From Chrysomallon squamiferum (lineage: Eukaryota; Animalia; Mollusca): DNA of 64,000 bases. Each line of letters opens with the position of its first letter. Position 1 is the first letter of the stretch. Made by a program: the position numbers and the translations under genes. Below the pieces are notes generated by a model. That model was not told where the DNA came from and searched no databases. It was given only the letters and a program-made list of their open reading frames with translations. The stretch is from the NCBI GenBank assembly GCA_012295275.1, contig CM022669.1, positions 18,290,001 through 18,354,000 on the forward strand, given 5' to 3'. Below are positions 13,347-27,652 of this stretch, in pieces.

Positions 13347-14330
13347 GTAGTAATAGTAATTTAGATAAAAAGAAGATTAATTTATAAATTTTAATAACTG
13401 ACCTTTTTGTTAATCGTTTTATTTTAGTGAATAACTTTAGTTCCATTTAGTTCAATAGTAACTGTAGTATTAGTAGTAGTAATAATAATAGTAATAATAA
13501 TAGTAATAATAGTAGTAGTAGTAGTAGTAGCAGCACTAATAATAATAACAATAATAAAAAATAAATAAATCATTAAAAATAAGTTAGTAAATAAATGATA
13601 ATAATATGAACAACAATTATAAAATATGTATTAGTAGTAGTAGTAATATTAATAACAGCAAAAACAAAAACAACAACGCTAACAATAATAATAAATATAA
13701 CAAAGCAAAAAGAAAAATAATCGTAATAATAGTAATAACAGCAAAAATAATAACGGTAACAACAAGAACAAGAAGAACAATAATAACAACAATAAAATGT
13801 ATTCCAAAATACTACGTTGGTTAACACGCAATATATTACATTTCAAGGTATGTTTAGTGTTCAGTGGAAATTTAAAACGTAAGTTAAATAAAATGTATTA
13901 TTTAATTCAATAATTTCGTTTACAATAAATATTAGATTTACAATAATCACGAGAGATGTTTTTGAATACCAGTGAGCTTGTTTATATCAGAATTATATTA
14001 TACGGCGTGTTCATGTTTTTTTAATTTAAATTATTATTTCATTTACTAAATATTTTGTTATTGTCATTTTATAAATTGCAATGGGCTAGTCTTTATCTGA
14101 TATTTTTTTTTTTTTTGTTGAGAAAATGTATTATATTTTGAAGAATTTTAAATAATGGATTGTTAAATATTGTCGATTTTCAATTTTATTTTTTTTTTTT
14201 TTTTTTTGTGAGAAAATAAGCTTTATTGTATTTGTTTTATTAATTACGTATTTAAATCAATAACGCCAATTGTTATTATTATTTCTTCCAATGATAACTA
14301 CACGTTTATAATAATAATAATAATAATAAT

Positions 14331-14366
<36 letters not shown>

Positions 14367-14394
14367 AATAAAAATAATAATAGTAGTAATAGTA

Positions 14395-14447
<53 letters not shown>

Positions 14448-14948
14448 CTAAACACACATATATTTTATTACATTATTTACTATTATTATGTTATTATAAA
14501 CACAACTACAGCAATAACAGATACAGCTGCAAAAATAACAAACTTAATATTGATCAAATAGCCGCATAATACAATAAAATAAAATTATAAATATAAGTTT
14601 ATTTCGTTCATGCAGGGTCAGAAAATAGTTACAAGTTTTCACTCGATTACTTAACAGCTGACAGATTACTGTAAATATTTGTGTGACACGTTCATTGTGT
14701 ATACGTGTATGTTACACAATATACGTTAACACTTAATGAAAGAACAATACAGACGCAGGTGAAGATTTTGCTTAGCAGAGGTTGCTGAGTAATCATATTT
14801 AATAAACTCTGAAGCAGAAATTTAATTTTTTTTTTTTTTTTTTTTTTTCATAGAAATTTATTGCAAGAGGTCAAAATAATGAGAGAAAGAAAAAAAAAAA
14901 AAAAATACGTGACAGAGTAAAAGGATAAAAATGAAATACAGAAATGAA

Positions 14949-14979
<31 letters not shown>

Positions 14980-15104
14980 CTGAGGTGAAATAAATAAATA
15001 AATAAAATAAATAAATAAATAAATAAATAAATATCAGGTACATATTTTAATAAACGAATACTCTAACAGTCGTTATAACCATAATGTCACTGATTCATTA
15101 CAAA

Positions 15105-15205
15105 CAATGGGAAGGTGAATATAAGAGATATTTTATTGCTAATTGAGAAAGTGTAGCAGATTTTTCTTTTATTTCATTATCAATTTATGTAGTCCTTAAT
15201 CACAC
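15105..15205 (+). mobile_element. Decayed SINE fragment resembling the Meta/MESC central domain and 3' region
   Basis: ATGGGAAGGTGAATATAAGAGATATTTTATTGCTAATTGAGAAAGTGTAGCAGATTTTTCT...TATGTAGTCCTTAATCA. Shares the exact 11-mer ATGGGAAGGTG with 30888-30898 (seen). Resembles from memory the molluscan core GTGGGATGGTGCATATAAAAGATCCCTTGCTGCTAAT (not searched). Confidence 0.5.
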
Positions 15206-16274
15206 ATACACACATGTGCACACACGCACGCGGCACACAAATACACACACAAACACACATGACGACATTTCATCGTAGATTAAAAATATCTTGAGTGTGT
15301 CATTAAATCAACTTCTTCTTTTTCTTCTTCTTCTTCTTCTTCTTCTTTGTCACACGGTGTAACAACATCTTCTCACTCACCACACTTGAGATTTAAGTAT
15401 CTGAACTGTGTAGTACCTTGACGTATCTTCCTTTCATTTCGCCAAATAATTTATCAAAGTAATTCAAGCTGAGATGACTTTTCTACATGATTTCAGACGA
15501 GAGCGTCACCGGATCAGAGTTGCTGACCACGTTGTCCGGCTGAACGAGACGTGTGGGACGGGGTTGCCTGGCCTGACCCCTGGTGCCAGGGATATTAGAT
15601 TGGACATGACTATCAATCGGGAGAGGAGATTATTGGATATTCCCCGAGCTTCGACTGTTTCTTAAAATGAAACGCTGTAGGAATTAGGGAAATGGAAAAA
15701 AAAAAAAAAAAAAAAAAAATAAAAATAAAAACCCAGAAAGAAGTGGGTTCTAGAGTTTGTCAAAGAATATTTAGTTTCGTGTTGTTGTTTTTTGTTTGTT
15801 TTTTTAATTATTATTATTATTTTTTTTTTTTGGTTGATCGTGTTTGTTGTTAGAATATATTGGTAATAAAGAATATGATGATGATTGATTGATTGTAATA
15901 ATTTTAATTGTAACAGTGTAGTAGTAATGATGATGAGAATGATGATGACAAGTTATAAAGATGGTCATTATGATGATAATGTCTGTAATGATACAACGTA
16001 TGAAAATAAATAAATTAATAAATATTTAATAAATTTATTCATCCCGTCGATTGATTTATCAGTTCTTTATTAAATAAAATCAGTTGACGTTGATTTTAAT
16101 TTCAATAAATAATTGTGTTTCATTATTTTGGTGTCAGCTCTGGTTTAAAATTTGCATTTTTTTGTTTCTTTCTTTGTGCGCTGGAGTTGGCGTGGATACC
16201 AGCACTGAAACATATATCACTGTGCTTATATATTTATGATTGTTCAATAAAAAAATAAGTATGTGTTTTTCATA

Positions 16275-16405
16275 AATTAATTTAAATTAAATTGAATTAA
16301 ATTAAATTAAATTAAATTAACTTAAATTAACTTAAATTAAAATTAAATTAACTTAAATTAACTTAAATTAAAATTAAATTAACTTAAATTAAAATTAAAT
16401 TAAAA
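16275..16405. repeat. (AAATT)n / (AAATTAACTT)n short-period satellite
   Basis: Direct inspection. Confidence 0.9.
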
Positions 16406-16609
16406 TATAAGAAAATACATAAATAAACAGAGGAATAAATAAATAAATAATTACAGAGAAATAAATAAATAAATAAATAAAAGAAACAAAAACTCTTTCT
16501 TTGTAATTTCACTGTTTCTAAAATAAATTCTCAGAGAAACTTTCGACCGTTACTCACTCGAGAAATACGAGAGAAAAAAAAAAAAAAAAAAAAAAAATAG
16601 AACAATAAA

Positions 16610-17115
16610 AGGCCTGACCAATCGATAAAGATGTCGCTGATTGGTCAGATGGGGACGCGACCTCTGCGGTACCGAGGTCAAAAAAGTCTAGAATTGGAGA
16701 TGAATTAAAGACCCCTGAAGGAAGGGCTGGTCTGGGTTAGTCTGTTGTCGTGGCCGGAACATCTTACTTCGCCTTATTTACTGGCGATTACCGATTGATT
16801 CTGGCCGGGCAATATAATATTTCATTAGCAATTACGGTTCATTTGTGGCTTGCTGGAATATTGGATCGGATGAACTCGGACTATTGGAGGCAACACCCCG
16901 ACACTTTCGAGTCGAGCTCGCAAACCCGAGGACTGAAGGTTTCGTGGAAGAAGCAAATAAACGGAGTAACTAACAATTTGTTGTTCGTGAATTTTAGTAA
17001 GATCGTCCCGTAAAGTCCCGATGCTTAGATAAACAGAGAAGCTGACATCGCGTCTGCTAATTTTGTATATTTTTCGGCCATGATGTTTGTTCACGTGACG
17101 CGTCATGTGACAATG
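16610..17115. promoter_or_regulatory. Candidate cis-regulatory island with inverted CCAAT boxes and a double E-box palindrome
   Basis: CTGACCAATC 16614-16623 / GATTGGTCAG 16639-16648; TCACGTGACGCGTCATGTGA 17091-17110. Confidence 0.4.
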
Positions 17116-17278
17116 ATGACGAATTAATTGTGACGAATGATGATGGGTTTTTGTAATTAGAAGTTGATGGTCGGATGTTATTTTTAGTTTATTTGTGTGT
17201 TTTACACTTGCGTTTAATTTATCTCTACGAATTTTGAGACGTAAAATGAAATTAGTACATTTATTTCAAATCTCGATA

Positions 17279-17322
<44 letters not shown>

Positions 17323-17558
17323 TAACAATAATATTAAATTATTATTATTATTATTATATCTTATTATAAATACTGTTGTTGTTCTTGTTGAACAATAATA
17401 ATGCGATGATCATTATGATGATGATGATGATGATAATAATAATAATCATAACAATAACAGGATCTTATAAATATTTTTTAACCTTTCGTTTCGATTGATA
17501 TTCATTTAAATAAACCAAACACAAATAACTCATACAATATGACGTTTAAATATTTACA

Positions 17559-17609
<51 letters not shown>

Positions 17610-18104
17610 TCAAAAAATAAATAAATAAATAAACCTCAAAAAAAAATAAACAAATAAATAAATAAATAAATAAACAAACAAACAAACAAAAAATAAATAA
17701 ATAAATATTAAACAGAGAAAGAAAGGACATATTGTTTTAAATCTGTGAAAATTACGTACGACTGTAAAAATGAAAGTAATTAAATATATCAGTTCCACGG
17801 TCAGAAATATAAATTTAATAATGGGACATTGTGCACACTGAGAGAAAATTACTGTTCTGTGTGCACGCATTGGGAAATACAGTTTAAATATTGTATTAAA
17901 TGTTTGTTTTTTTATAATGAGAAATATATTTTATGGGAATTTCAAACAGTAAATCAAAGTAGGTATTTTATATTTAGCTTTTAAAAATTGTAACGTTTTT
18001 AAGAATAATAATAATTGAAGATTTAAACCCAGTATGTAAAAAAAAAAATAAAAAAAAAAATTATTAAAAATTAAAAACAGAAAATGCTTTTATTAAAAAC
18101 CCAG

Positions 18105-18245
18105 CATATTTGTAATTTTATTTCGTAAATTTTTATTTTTATTTTAAAAGTTATGTCGATGATGATGAAAATTGAAAACTGAAAATGATAAAATATATTT
18201 GTAATTTTAATTTCGTAAAATTTTTAATAATATGTCGATGATGAA
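18105..18245. repeat. Degenerate tandem duplication, about 90-bp period
   Basis: ATATTTGTAATTTTA(A)TTTCGTAAA...ATGTCGATGATGA occurs twice. Confidence 0.75.
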
Positions 18246-18331
18246 TAATATAATAATAAATAATAATAATAATAATAACTATAATAATTTAAGAAGATGA
18301 AGAAGAAGGCGAATGATTAGTATTTCTGTTA

Positions 18332-18379
<48 letters not shown>

Positions 18380-18764
18380 TACTACTACTGCTACGACTAC
18401 TGCTACTGCTAATACTACTATTACCCGCACTACTGTTATTACTGCTATCACTTCTACTATTACTATTACATCCACTACTACAGCTATTATTATTCATTTA
18501 TCTAATTTGGAACTAATGACTAATATATTTGAACATATTTAATTTGGAAATGTGCCTGAACAAAACAAAGAAATGTAAATTATGTGAAAATAATAAAAAT
18601 TACACACAGTTATATTTAAACTCATGTAAATTCACTGGTCGAAGTTAATAAATAAAATTATTTGGAATTCGTTAAATAAATAACAAAATGAGATTAAAAG
18701 ATACAACATAAACCAAAAAATTAAAATATAGTTAAAATGAAATAAGCAAAATAAAATTGAATAT

Positions 18765-19147
<383 letters not shown>

Positions 19148-19589
19148 AAACCAAAAACGCCGTTCTTTCGCTAGAAAACAAAATAAAATTATTTCATCAG
19201 AACTCTTTATCTAATCTTCACATTGCTAATCATGTTTAATGCTGTGTCTTCATTTAATATGACAGGTAATTTCTAGATCCTGTCAGAGTTAAATTTAGTG
19301 TCGCTAAAAATGACAACTGTTATTAAAATGTTGTTTATAGAGTTGTATGGGAGCGGAGAGTTTTTAAAATATATTATCATTTACATTAATTACACATAGA
19401 GACACACTGATGCACACGCACCTACACGCGCGCGCACACACACACATATACATATACATAAGGGAAAAATGTAAGAAATAAAATAATAAAAAAAAGAAAG
19501 AAAGTAATAGTTATTAAAAATTAAGAAATGAAAGGATAAAAGGTGAGAGTGAATGAATTAAAAAGCAAGAAGAAGAAGAAGGAGAATAA

Positions 19590-19623
<34 letters not shown>

Positions 19624-20010
19624 AATAATAATAATAATAATAATAATGACAATAATGACAATAATATAATAACAACAGCAATAATAATGGTAATAATGAT
19701 GATAATAATAATAATAATAATAAAAGTAATAATAATAATTAAAGTAATAATAATAATAATAATAATAATAATGCCAATAATAGCAATAATATAACAATAA
19801 CATCTATAACAATGATAATAAAAGTAATAATAATAATAACAATAATAATGCCAATAACTAATAATAATGACAACAAAAACAAAAATAATGAAAATAATGA
19901 CAATAGTAATAACAATAATGACAACAACAACAACAGTAATAATAATAATGATGAGACTACTATTACTGTTACTACTACTTCTACTACTACTACTATTAAT
20001 AATAATAATT
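19590..20010. repeat. Compound trinucleotide tract (AAC/AAT/GAT/ACT)n
   Basis: Direct inspection; explains the overlapping poly-I/N/L/Y ORFs. Confidence 0.9.
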
Positions 20011-21089
20011 AACAACTGCTACTGAAGAAAAAGACACCCCAACAACAGTAACAGTAAAATGTTACAATAAAAAAATAAAAAAAATAAAAATAAAAAATAA
20101 TTAATTAATTAAAAAATAAGTAAAAATATCAATAATAAATCATTTAAAAAACCAAACAAAAAAAACGAACATAATTAAAAAAAAAAAAAAATGCACTGTT
20201 AATACTTTTACTTCCGAATTAAATCATCGATTCCAAATACATAATTCAAATTCTACTGTAAGAGATGGCTTTATAATAGTAAAACTGTTACTAATACTAA
20301 GTTTGCAAATAAACAGAAACATATATAAAATTAATTATTATAAAAATAAAAAAATGATTCATAACACAAATTAAATATTCACATTTTCCCTTGTGTTTAC
20401 AAAGCGAAAGTGAAGGATTTAACTCCCTTGCATTAAAGTATTGCCGATTGTAATATTATTTCTGGGATTACAAATTGACAGCAAAGAGCAAACATGGAAT
20501 CTCTTTGTGTGATTAGTTTCAGCGAAAATTTACCAAATTAAAAAGTAATATAAAAATCTGTTATGGATTTTGTTTTCTTTAAGAATTATAACCGTAGCAA
20601 CATAACACACAAGACGAAGATAATGATATAAATAGATAAATGATAGATAAATTAAAACGATTAAGTAAAAAAACCATTTATATAAACAAGAAAGTGATAA
20701 AATAAGTAAATGCATAAGTGCATAAATAAATAAATACAAATAAAATAAAATAAATAAATAAAATATAATAAAATAAAATAATATATTAATAAAATGTTAT
20801 GAAATACATTTTTAGAAATGAAAAATATTAACAACAATAATTATAATGATACATTATTTTCGTGATAATGCTAGTATCGTTTCTAGAAAAATAATTATTA
20901 TCTTTTGTACTGTTACTGTGTCTGAAATTAAATATGAACAGTTTTAACACAAAAACAATTTTATAACAGTTGGATTAGATTACGATCCAGGTAAATCATT
21001 TATAATAATATATATGTATGTAATTAGCCTGGGTTTTTTTTTGCATTGTAATAGTAATATATTAAAGTTAACATTTAATTTGTTCTGCT

Positions 21090-21192
21090 TCATTTATTTA
21101 TTTATTTATTTATTTATATATTTATTTATTCGTTCGTTCGTTCGTTAGTTTGTTTGATTTATTTATTTATTTATTCTGATCTCTAGTCTTCC

Positions 21193-21275
<83 letters not shown>

Positions 21276-21330
21276 CCCTCCCTCTCTCTCTCTTTCCCTC
21301 CCTCCCTCTCTCTGTCTCTCGATCTCTCTC
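21090..21330. repeat. Composite SSR block, copy 1 of a local duplication
   Basis: (TTCG)n-(TTTG)n-(TTTA)n-TATTCTGATCTCTAGTCTTCCACCC-(CT)n; copy 2 at 22238-22695. Confidence 0.8.
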
Positions 21331-21463
21331 TCCCTGTGTATGTGTAAATATTATACCCTTCATAATATCACACAGACACACACACACACACACACATTCA
21401 GAATCTCCACGCTTTTCCCCAAAATTGCCACAGTTTCATCACATACCGCACACAAACATATTA

Positions 21464-21535
<72 letters not shown>

Positions 21536-21822
21536 AAAATTAATTCAACATTACTCTGTGTGTAGAGTTTAATACAGAACAGGCCTCGGTGCTGGGGCAT
21601 GTCAAATGCAACACGCAGATAAGAACTTCGTGGCGGATTCGGTTCAGCCTACTACAACTACTAGTATGTAGCCCCGTTATCTACGTTTACACATGGCGCT
21701 GGCGGGTCAAGCTGACTCGATTTCGCGAAAGATACTTTGCATGTACTTGGAGATAATTCTACAAGCTTGATCTTAATTCTTGACCCTTTCCCTTCTTCAG
21801 CGTTCAAGAGGGTAGGGTAGTG

Positions 21823-21861
<39 letters not shown>

Positions 21862-22237
21862 CTTTTTTTAAAAATCATATGGTAATAAAGATTGCGAGAG
21901 AATGCGGTGGTTGTATTGTTAGTAGTAAATAAAGAATATCTGTCAGTGTCAAAGGAATGTAATGCTATGTAAGAGGGTGAATAAATTTTGTTATATAATT
22001 TTGTTATGTAATGCAATAAACGTTTGTGTTTGTGGGTAAATATGAATGTTTTATTTTTATGCGAGTGTGTGTGTGTGTAAGATGATTCCAAAGTGCAGGC
22101 ATGGGCGTTGTTTTTAAGAAAACAAAAACACACAAAAAATAAACAAGAAATTAAGAAAAAGAAAAAATCAAGGAAAGAAATAAATAAAGAAAAAATCAAT
22201 TTCGCTATATTCTCTTTGAAATTTCTCTCTTTCTCTC

Positions 22238-22695
<458 letters not shown>

Positions 22696-23085
22696 CACAC
22701 GTCCGTCCTTCTCTATGTACGCGTGTGTGTCTGTCTATCTTTGTATCTATCTCCACTTTCGTGTTCTGTCTGTATCTCACGCAAATAGTTTACTTGTAGA
22801 TATTGTTTTCTCTAATTTGTTTAACGAGGATTTATGAAGAAACCTACAATCGCCTTGCGTGTCTGAGATTAAATAACTGAAATTAACATAATTTATGAAG
22901 CTGAAATTATATCTTTTTTTTTTCTTGGTCTGTCGGTGCTCTCTATCTTTCATGATGTCAGTTTACGTAATGGCGGATTTGGTTACCTACGTACTGACGT
23001 CAACTGGTAACCATGATAAAAAGATATTTCTGGCCCAAGTGAAGAGAAGAAGAAAAAAGGGGAGAGGGACGGGAAAGAGACATAC

Positions 23086-23089
<4 letters not shown>

Positions 23090-23172
<83 letters not shown>
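23090..23172. repeat. (GA)n microsatellite
   Basis: Pure run. Confidence 0.95.
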
Positions 23173-23176
<4 letters not shown>

Positions 23177-24300
23177 CCAACACTTACACATCACAAAACG
23201 TTAATATAAAAGCTTATTGAAATGTTGTTAAGAAATGATTTTAAAAACTCAGTTGTCACAAAGCCGGACCAATAAAAAAAAAAAAAACTCTAAACTTTAT
23301 TTCCATTTTAAAACGTGTTGTGAAAACTATAAATATCTTCTAAACTCTGTCCTATGCAAAGATGCGATTTACACAAGATTCATCAATTTATGTTTACACA
23401 TTCAAGTAAGTGGCCGTATTATCAAACACCTTTCTTCTTCTTTTAAAAAAAAAAATTAGATTATTTAACAATATATTAACGTTATAATCTTTTACCACTT
23501 GAAAACGTATTTTAATAATTATACGTCAGAAATACGTACTTATTTTATTTATTTTATTTTAGTAAGTAAACAAACTGTGACGTCAGCATTAAAATAAATC
23601 TTTATGTTACAGACATTATGGACATAAACTGACTGCCAACGAGGTGAATCTTTTTTATCAGTGTTATTTAATCTCTTCATGGGGACACAAAAATGTTGTC
23701 AGTAGATAATCAGGTATCAGAGTATGCACGAGGAATGCGGTAAGACTTGACGCAGTTAATGGTTAAACCACTGGCGTGAGAAGTAACAGCTCCATGGGTC
23801 GATTCTGCAGAACGGAGGACTGAAACTGTTATGTTACGTTCCATTGCACAATTTTAATAATTATTTATGTTTTATTGTTGGTACTGTAACGTGAACTGTG
23901 GATAAGTGTATAATTAGTAGTAATAATTAATAGTAATAATTAAAATAAACAAATAAGTTTACAAATTTGTAACTGAAAACGTTTTTCAACGCCGACGTCA
24001 TTACCGATTATGACATCATAATGCTTCCGTGTTTTCCTGCATACAAGTAAATAGATTGTTAACTGCATAAATAAATAAATAAATAAATTGATTAGATTTT
24101 GAAATATGGACGGGTTTCTGCTCAGTAAGTCATATATAAAAAGTAATTTACTATCAATCGATTAGAAGTAGATGGAAGTTCCAATAATTTTTTCTCTGAA
24201 AGTCTTGTTTTTTTTCTTCTGAAAAATATTAATCAATAAATTTTAAATAAAGTTTATTCATTGATGTTTTTCAGTAGAAGAAGAAGAAGAAAAAAACATA

Positions 24301-24333
<33 letters not shown>

Positions 24334-24833
24334 ATATGTATGTACGTAATTTTTTCTTTCTTCACATTTTAAATTACTAACAGTTACAACACTGTGACAT
24401 TTTATTATTGTGTTACTTATTATTCCCCACCCCCACGTACATATTCCCACGATCTTGGATACTTTGACAATGAACCTGGGTCATTAGTAATTGCAGCTAA
24501 TTTCTCTAATGACACGAATTTGTGCGTAATTAATTAATAAATGACAAAAGTTATTACACAGACTAAATACACTCTGACTTTAGAACGGTCTGTGAACGTG
24601 GTGTGTGTAATACATACGTCGAAACGTTATTTAAGTGTGAAGGTTATAACTGACTTTAATGAGATCTTTCATCGCGGTTATTAAAACACAATGGGGTTTT
24701 ACAGATCGTAAATATGTGTGTGGTGAAATACTGTTGTTGAAAAGAATGTTTTTCTTAGATAGGAAGAAAAAAAAAAAAAAGAGATTGTGTGTGTCTTTGT
24801 GTTTGCTAGATAGATAAATGGTTAGTGCGTGTG

Positions 24834-24838
<5 letters not shown>

Positions 24839-24925
<87 letters not shown>
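24839..24925. repeat. (GA)n microsatellite
   Basis: Pure run. Confidence 0.95.
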
Positions 24926-24929
<4 letters not shown>

Positions 24930-26514
24930 GTAAATAAATCATTTTATCATGGTGCATGCAGCAATATCTTATTTAAGTCATATTAGACGCCCCAGGAATA
25001 TCTAAGCATATCTCTTACATTAATATGACAATGCAGTTTAAGCCGTAAGGGTTTTAGTTGTTATTGAAATGCGAATCCTAACAAACACACTGCACAGTAA
25101 TGCCAAAAATATAGACACAGAATGCCTCAAAATCCTATCTCAAATCGTACCCATTGTTTGAAAACTTAACACTGCCTGACCTTGCCCCTTTCTTAATCCT
25201 TAACCTGAGCAGACGATAAAAGGATTTGTGCACGAGCTCTGCAGACGCCTACACGAGGTTTCTGCTCCGAGTACTGCAGGGTACTTGAGCAAACATTTCT
25301 GCCAATAGTGTGTGCAGACGACACTTATGCAAGCTCTTGGAGCGCATATCAAATACAAGTATGCACTTTTTTTTTCTAATCTGATTTTTTTCTTCTTTTT
25401 TTTTCTGTTGATCTTAATCCTATGAAAGATAGCGTCATGGGTCGTGTCTCGAATGCAATGAGAACCCTTAAGAATATTATTTATTACCATTATGTAATCA
25501 CTCGGTGAAAGCCCCCAGTGTTCTCGTAATATCTCGTTCGTCTGTTGACGGTTTACGCCGAAAGAAAAGCTAACAGAGAAATATTCGTATACAACTACGA
25601 AACTATGGCTCTTTTTGTCCTCTCTGGGAAACCACTTTACCAGATGTTGACAAGTTCTGAACAGTGAAAATAGTAAGCTTTTTGTGTTTACCCAGGAGAT
25701 GAATTCCAGCTACACATATGTCGCAATTTTCTTTTTTAATCTTTTTTTTTTTATTTATTTTTTTATTTTTATTTTTATCAGTGGTTCTGTTGGTGTACGT
25801 AGTAAGGCTTCGGCGAGTTAAAACTAAAAGAACATTGTTGTTTGAAGAGTTGATGGCAAATCCGCTTTAACGAGATTTTTTGAGTGAGTGAATCAATATT
25901 TGTTTAACGCATTTTTTTATATTAACCGTTGCTGGGTACCGATCATGCTTTCTCGTGTGACATTAGATAGGAAACACGCTCCCACATTTCTATGAAATCT
26001 TCTTTTTATATATATATATATATATATATAAAACTGCTTTAAGCCATAACGTTTAACTCTTGTGTAAAGAAGAAAACACACAAACAGTCTTTGATTATAG
26101 AACTTTTAGGGAACGGATCTGATTGAAAGATAACCAGTTACTTTCGTTTCAGGGGACTGATTATGATAATAAAAATAAATTAAGATAAAACAACAGCAAC
26201 AACAACAAATAAAAAAAAAAAAAAAAAAATCCCACCAAACAACCCTACACCCCCGAAAAAAGTAAAATAAAATAAGACAATCAACAATAGCAGCAGCAGC
26301 AGCAGCAGCAACAACAACAAAACAACAAATAAACAACCTCTCTCCCTATACTATATATGTACGTATGTGTACATCATAACAGTGAAAACATGAACACGAA
26401 ACGCACGTGTCGAATCTTACATCTTCACAAATACAAAATATTCGCTTCTGTTTAAACAATGAACAGCCACAGTTTGGCGTGTCTGCGATTATAGTACAAC
26501 GTAACAGTACAAGA

Positions 26515-26645
26515 AAAGTGACGTCATCGAACAGTAACGTCACTGATATAACAAACACAACAATGGAAGTGACGTCATCGAACAATAACGTAAGGTGAAT
26601 AACACTACAACAGAAGTGACGTCACCGAACAATAACGTCACTGAA
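26515..26645. repeat. About 49-bp tandem repeat, 3 copies, each with a TGACGTCA palindrome
   Basis: AGTGACGTCAYCGAACARTAACGT starts at 26517, 26568 and 26615. Confidence 0.9.
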
Positions 26646-27214
26646 TTTTTTATTCATTCTTTGCGAGCTTTATTCAATTCTTTGTAAACATTACTGCTGA
26701 TACCACAACAACATTAGCAACAACAGCTGCAACAACAACATCAAAATCTACAACAACGCGTATAGGGATGATAATAATTATGTTTAAATAATGAAAGGTA
26801 AGTTTTTAATGACAGTGATAATGATGATAATAAATATAACAACGACAACAACAACGACAAAAGGAACAACCGTATTAAAAATTTGTTAATAATTTAAGTA
26901 TGGTGAAAGTTAGTAAATACTATAAACAGATTAGAAGTAGATATATAAAAGATAATAAAGTACTTACCAAGGTAAAGTAACACTGGTGTTGCTAAATCGG
27001 TGGAACGCTGTTTTAAATCCGACACAATTATAGTTTCACAAAAAAAAAAACAGAAATAGACGCGCAACTTTAAGTTGATGCAGATTGGATTTTATTAATG
27101 ACATTAACACATGTGCGGCTGTTTTCCGTGATAAACTTTTTTCCTTTTCTCTTTTTTTTTTTTTTTTATTTATTTAATTTAATTTAATTTAATTTTTTTT
27201 TTTTATTTTTTTAT

Positions 27215-27355
27215 TTTTATTTGATTTTATATTTATTTTATTTGATTTTATATTTATTTTATTTGATTTGATTTTATATTTATTTTATTTGATTTTATAT
27301 TTATTTTATTTGATTTTATATTTATTTTATTTGATTTGATTTGATTTGATTTTTT
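27215..27355. repeat. About 21-bp AT-rich tandem repeat (TTTATTTTATTTGATTTTATA)
   Basis: Direct inspection, about 5-6 copies. Confidence 0.85.
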
Positions 27356-27488
27356 TATTTGTCTTACTGGAGGAGTGTTAATGATAGGCCGTACTAAACA
27401 ACGCGGCGATATAATTATTTAGAGAATACTAACGATTATATTAAATACATTCGGAATTAGATGTATAGAGGCATATAGATAGACAGAT

Positions 27489-27491
<3 letters not shown>

Positions 27492-27535
<44 letters not shown>

Positions 27536-27563
27536 CAATGTAAAGATAAACAGCGACAGAAAC

Positions 27564-27652
<89 letters not shown>

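Noticed and set aside
19521-20015. Stack of poly-I/N/L/Y ORFs, and similar ones at 13.6, 18.3, 36.3, 38.8, 58.9 and 62.7 kb
   Set aside because: Products of trinucleotide repeats
23745-23806. tRNA-like A-box and B-box spacing
   Set aside because: Boxes are too degenerate and there is no cloverleaf; at most a TE relic
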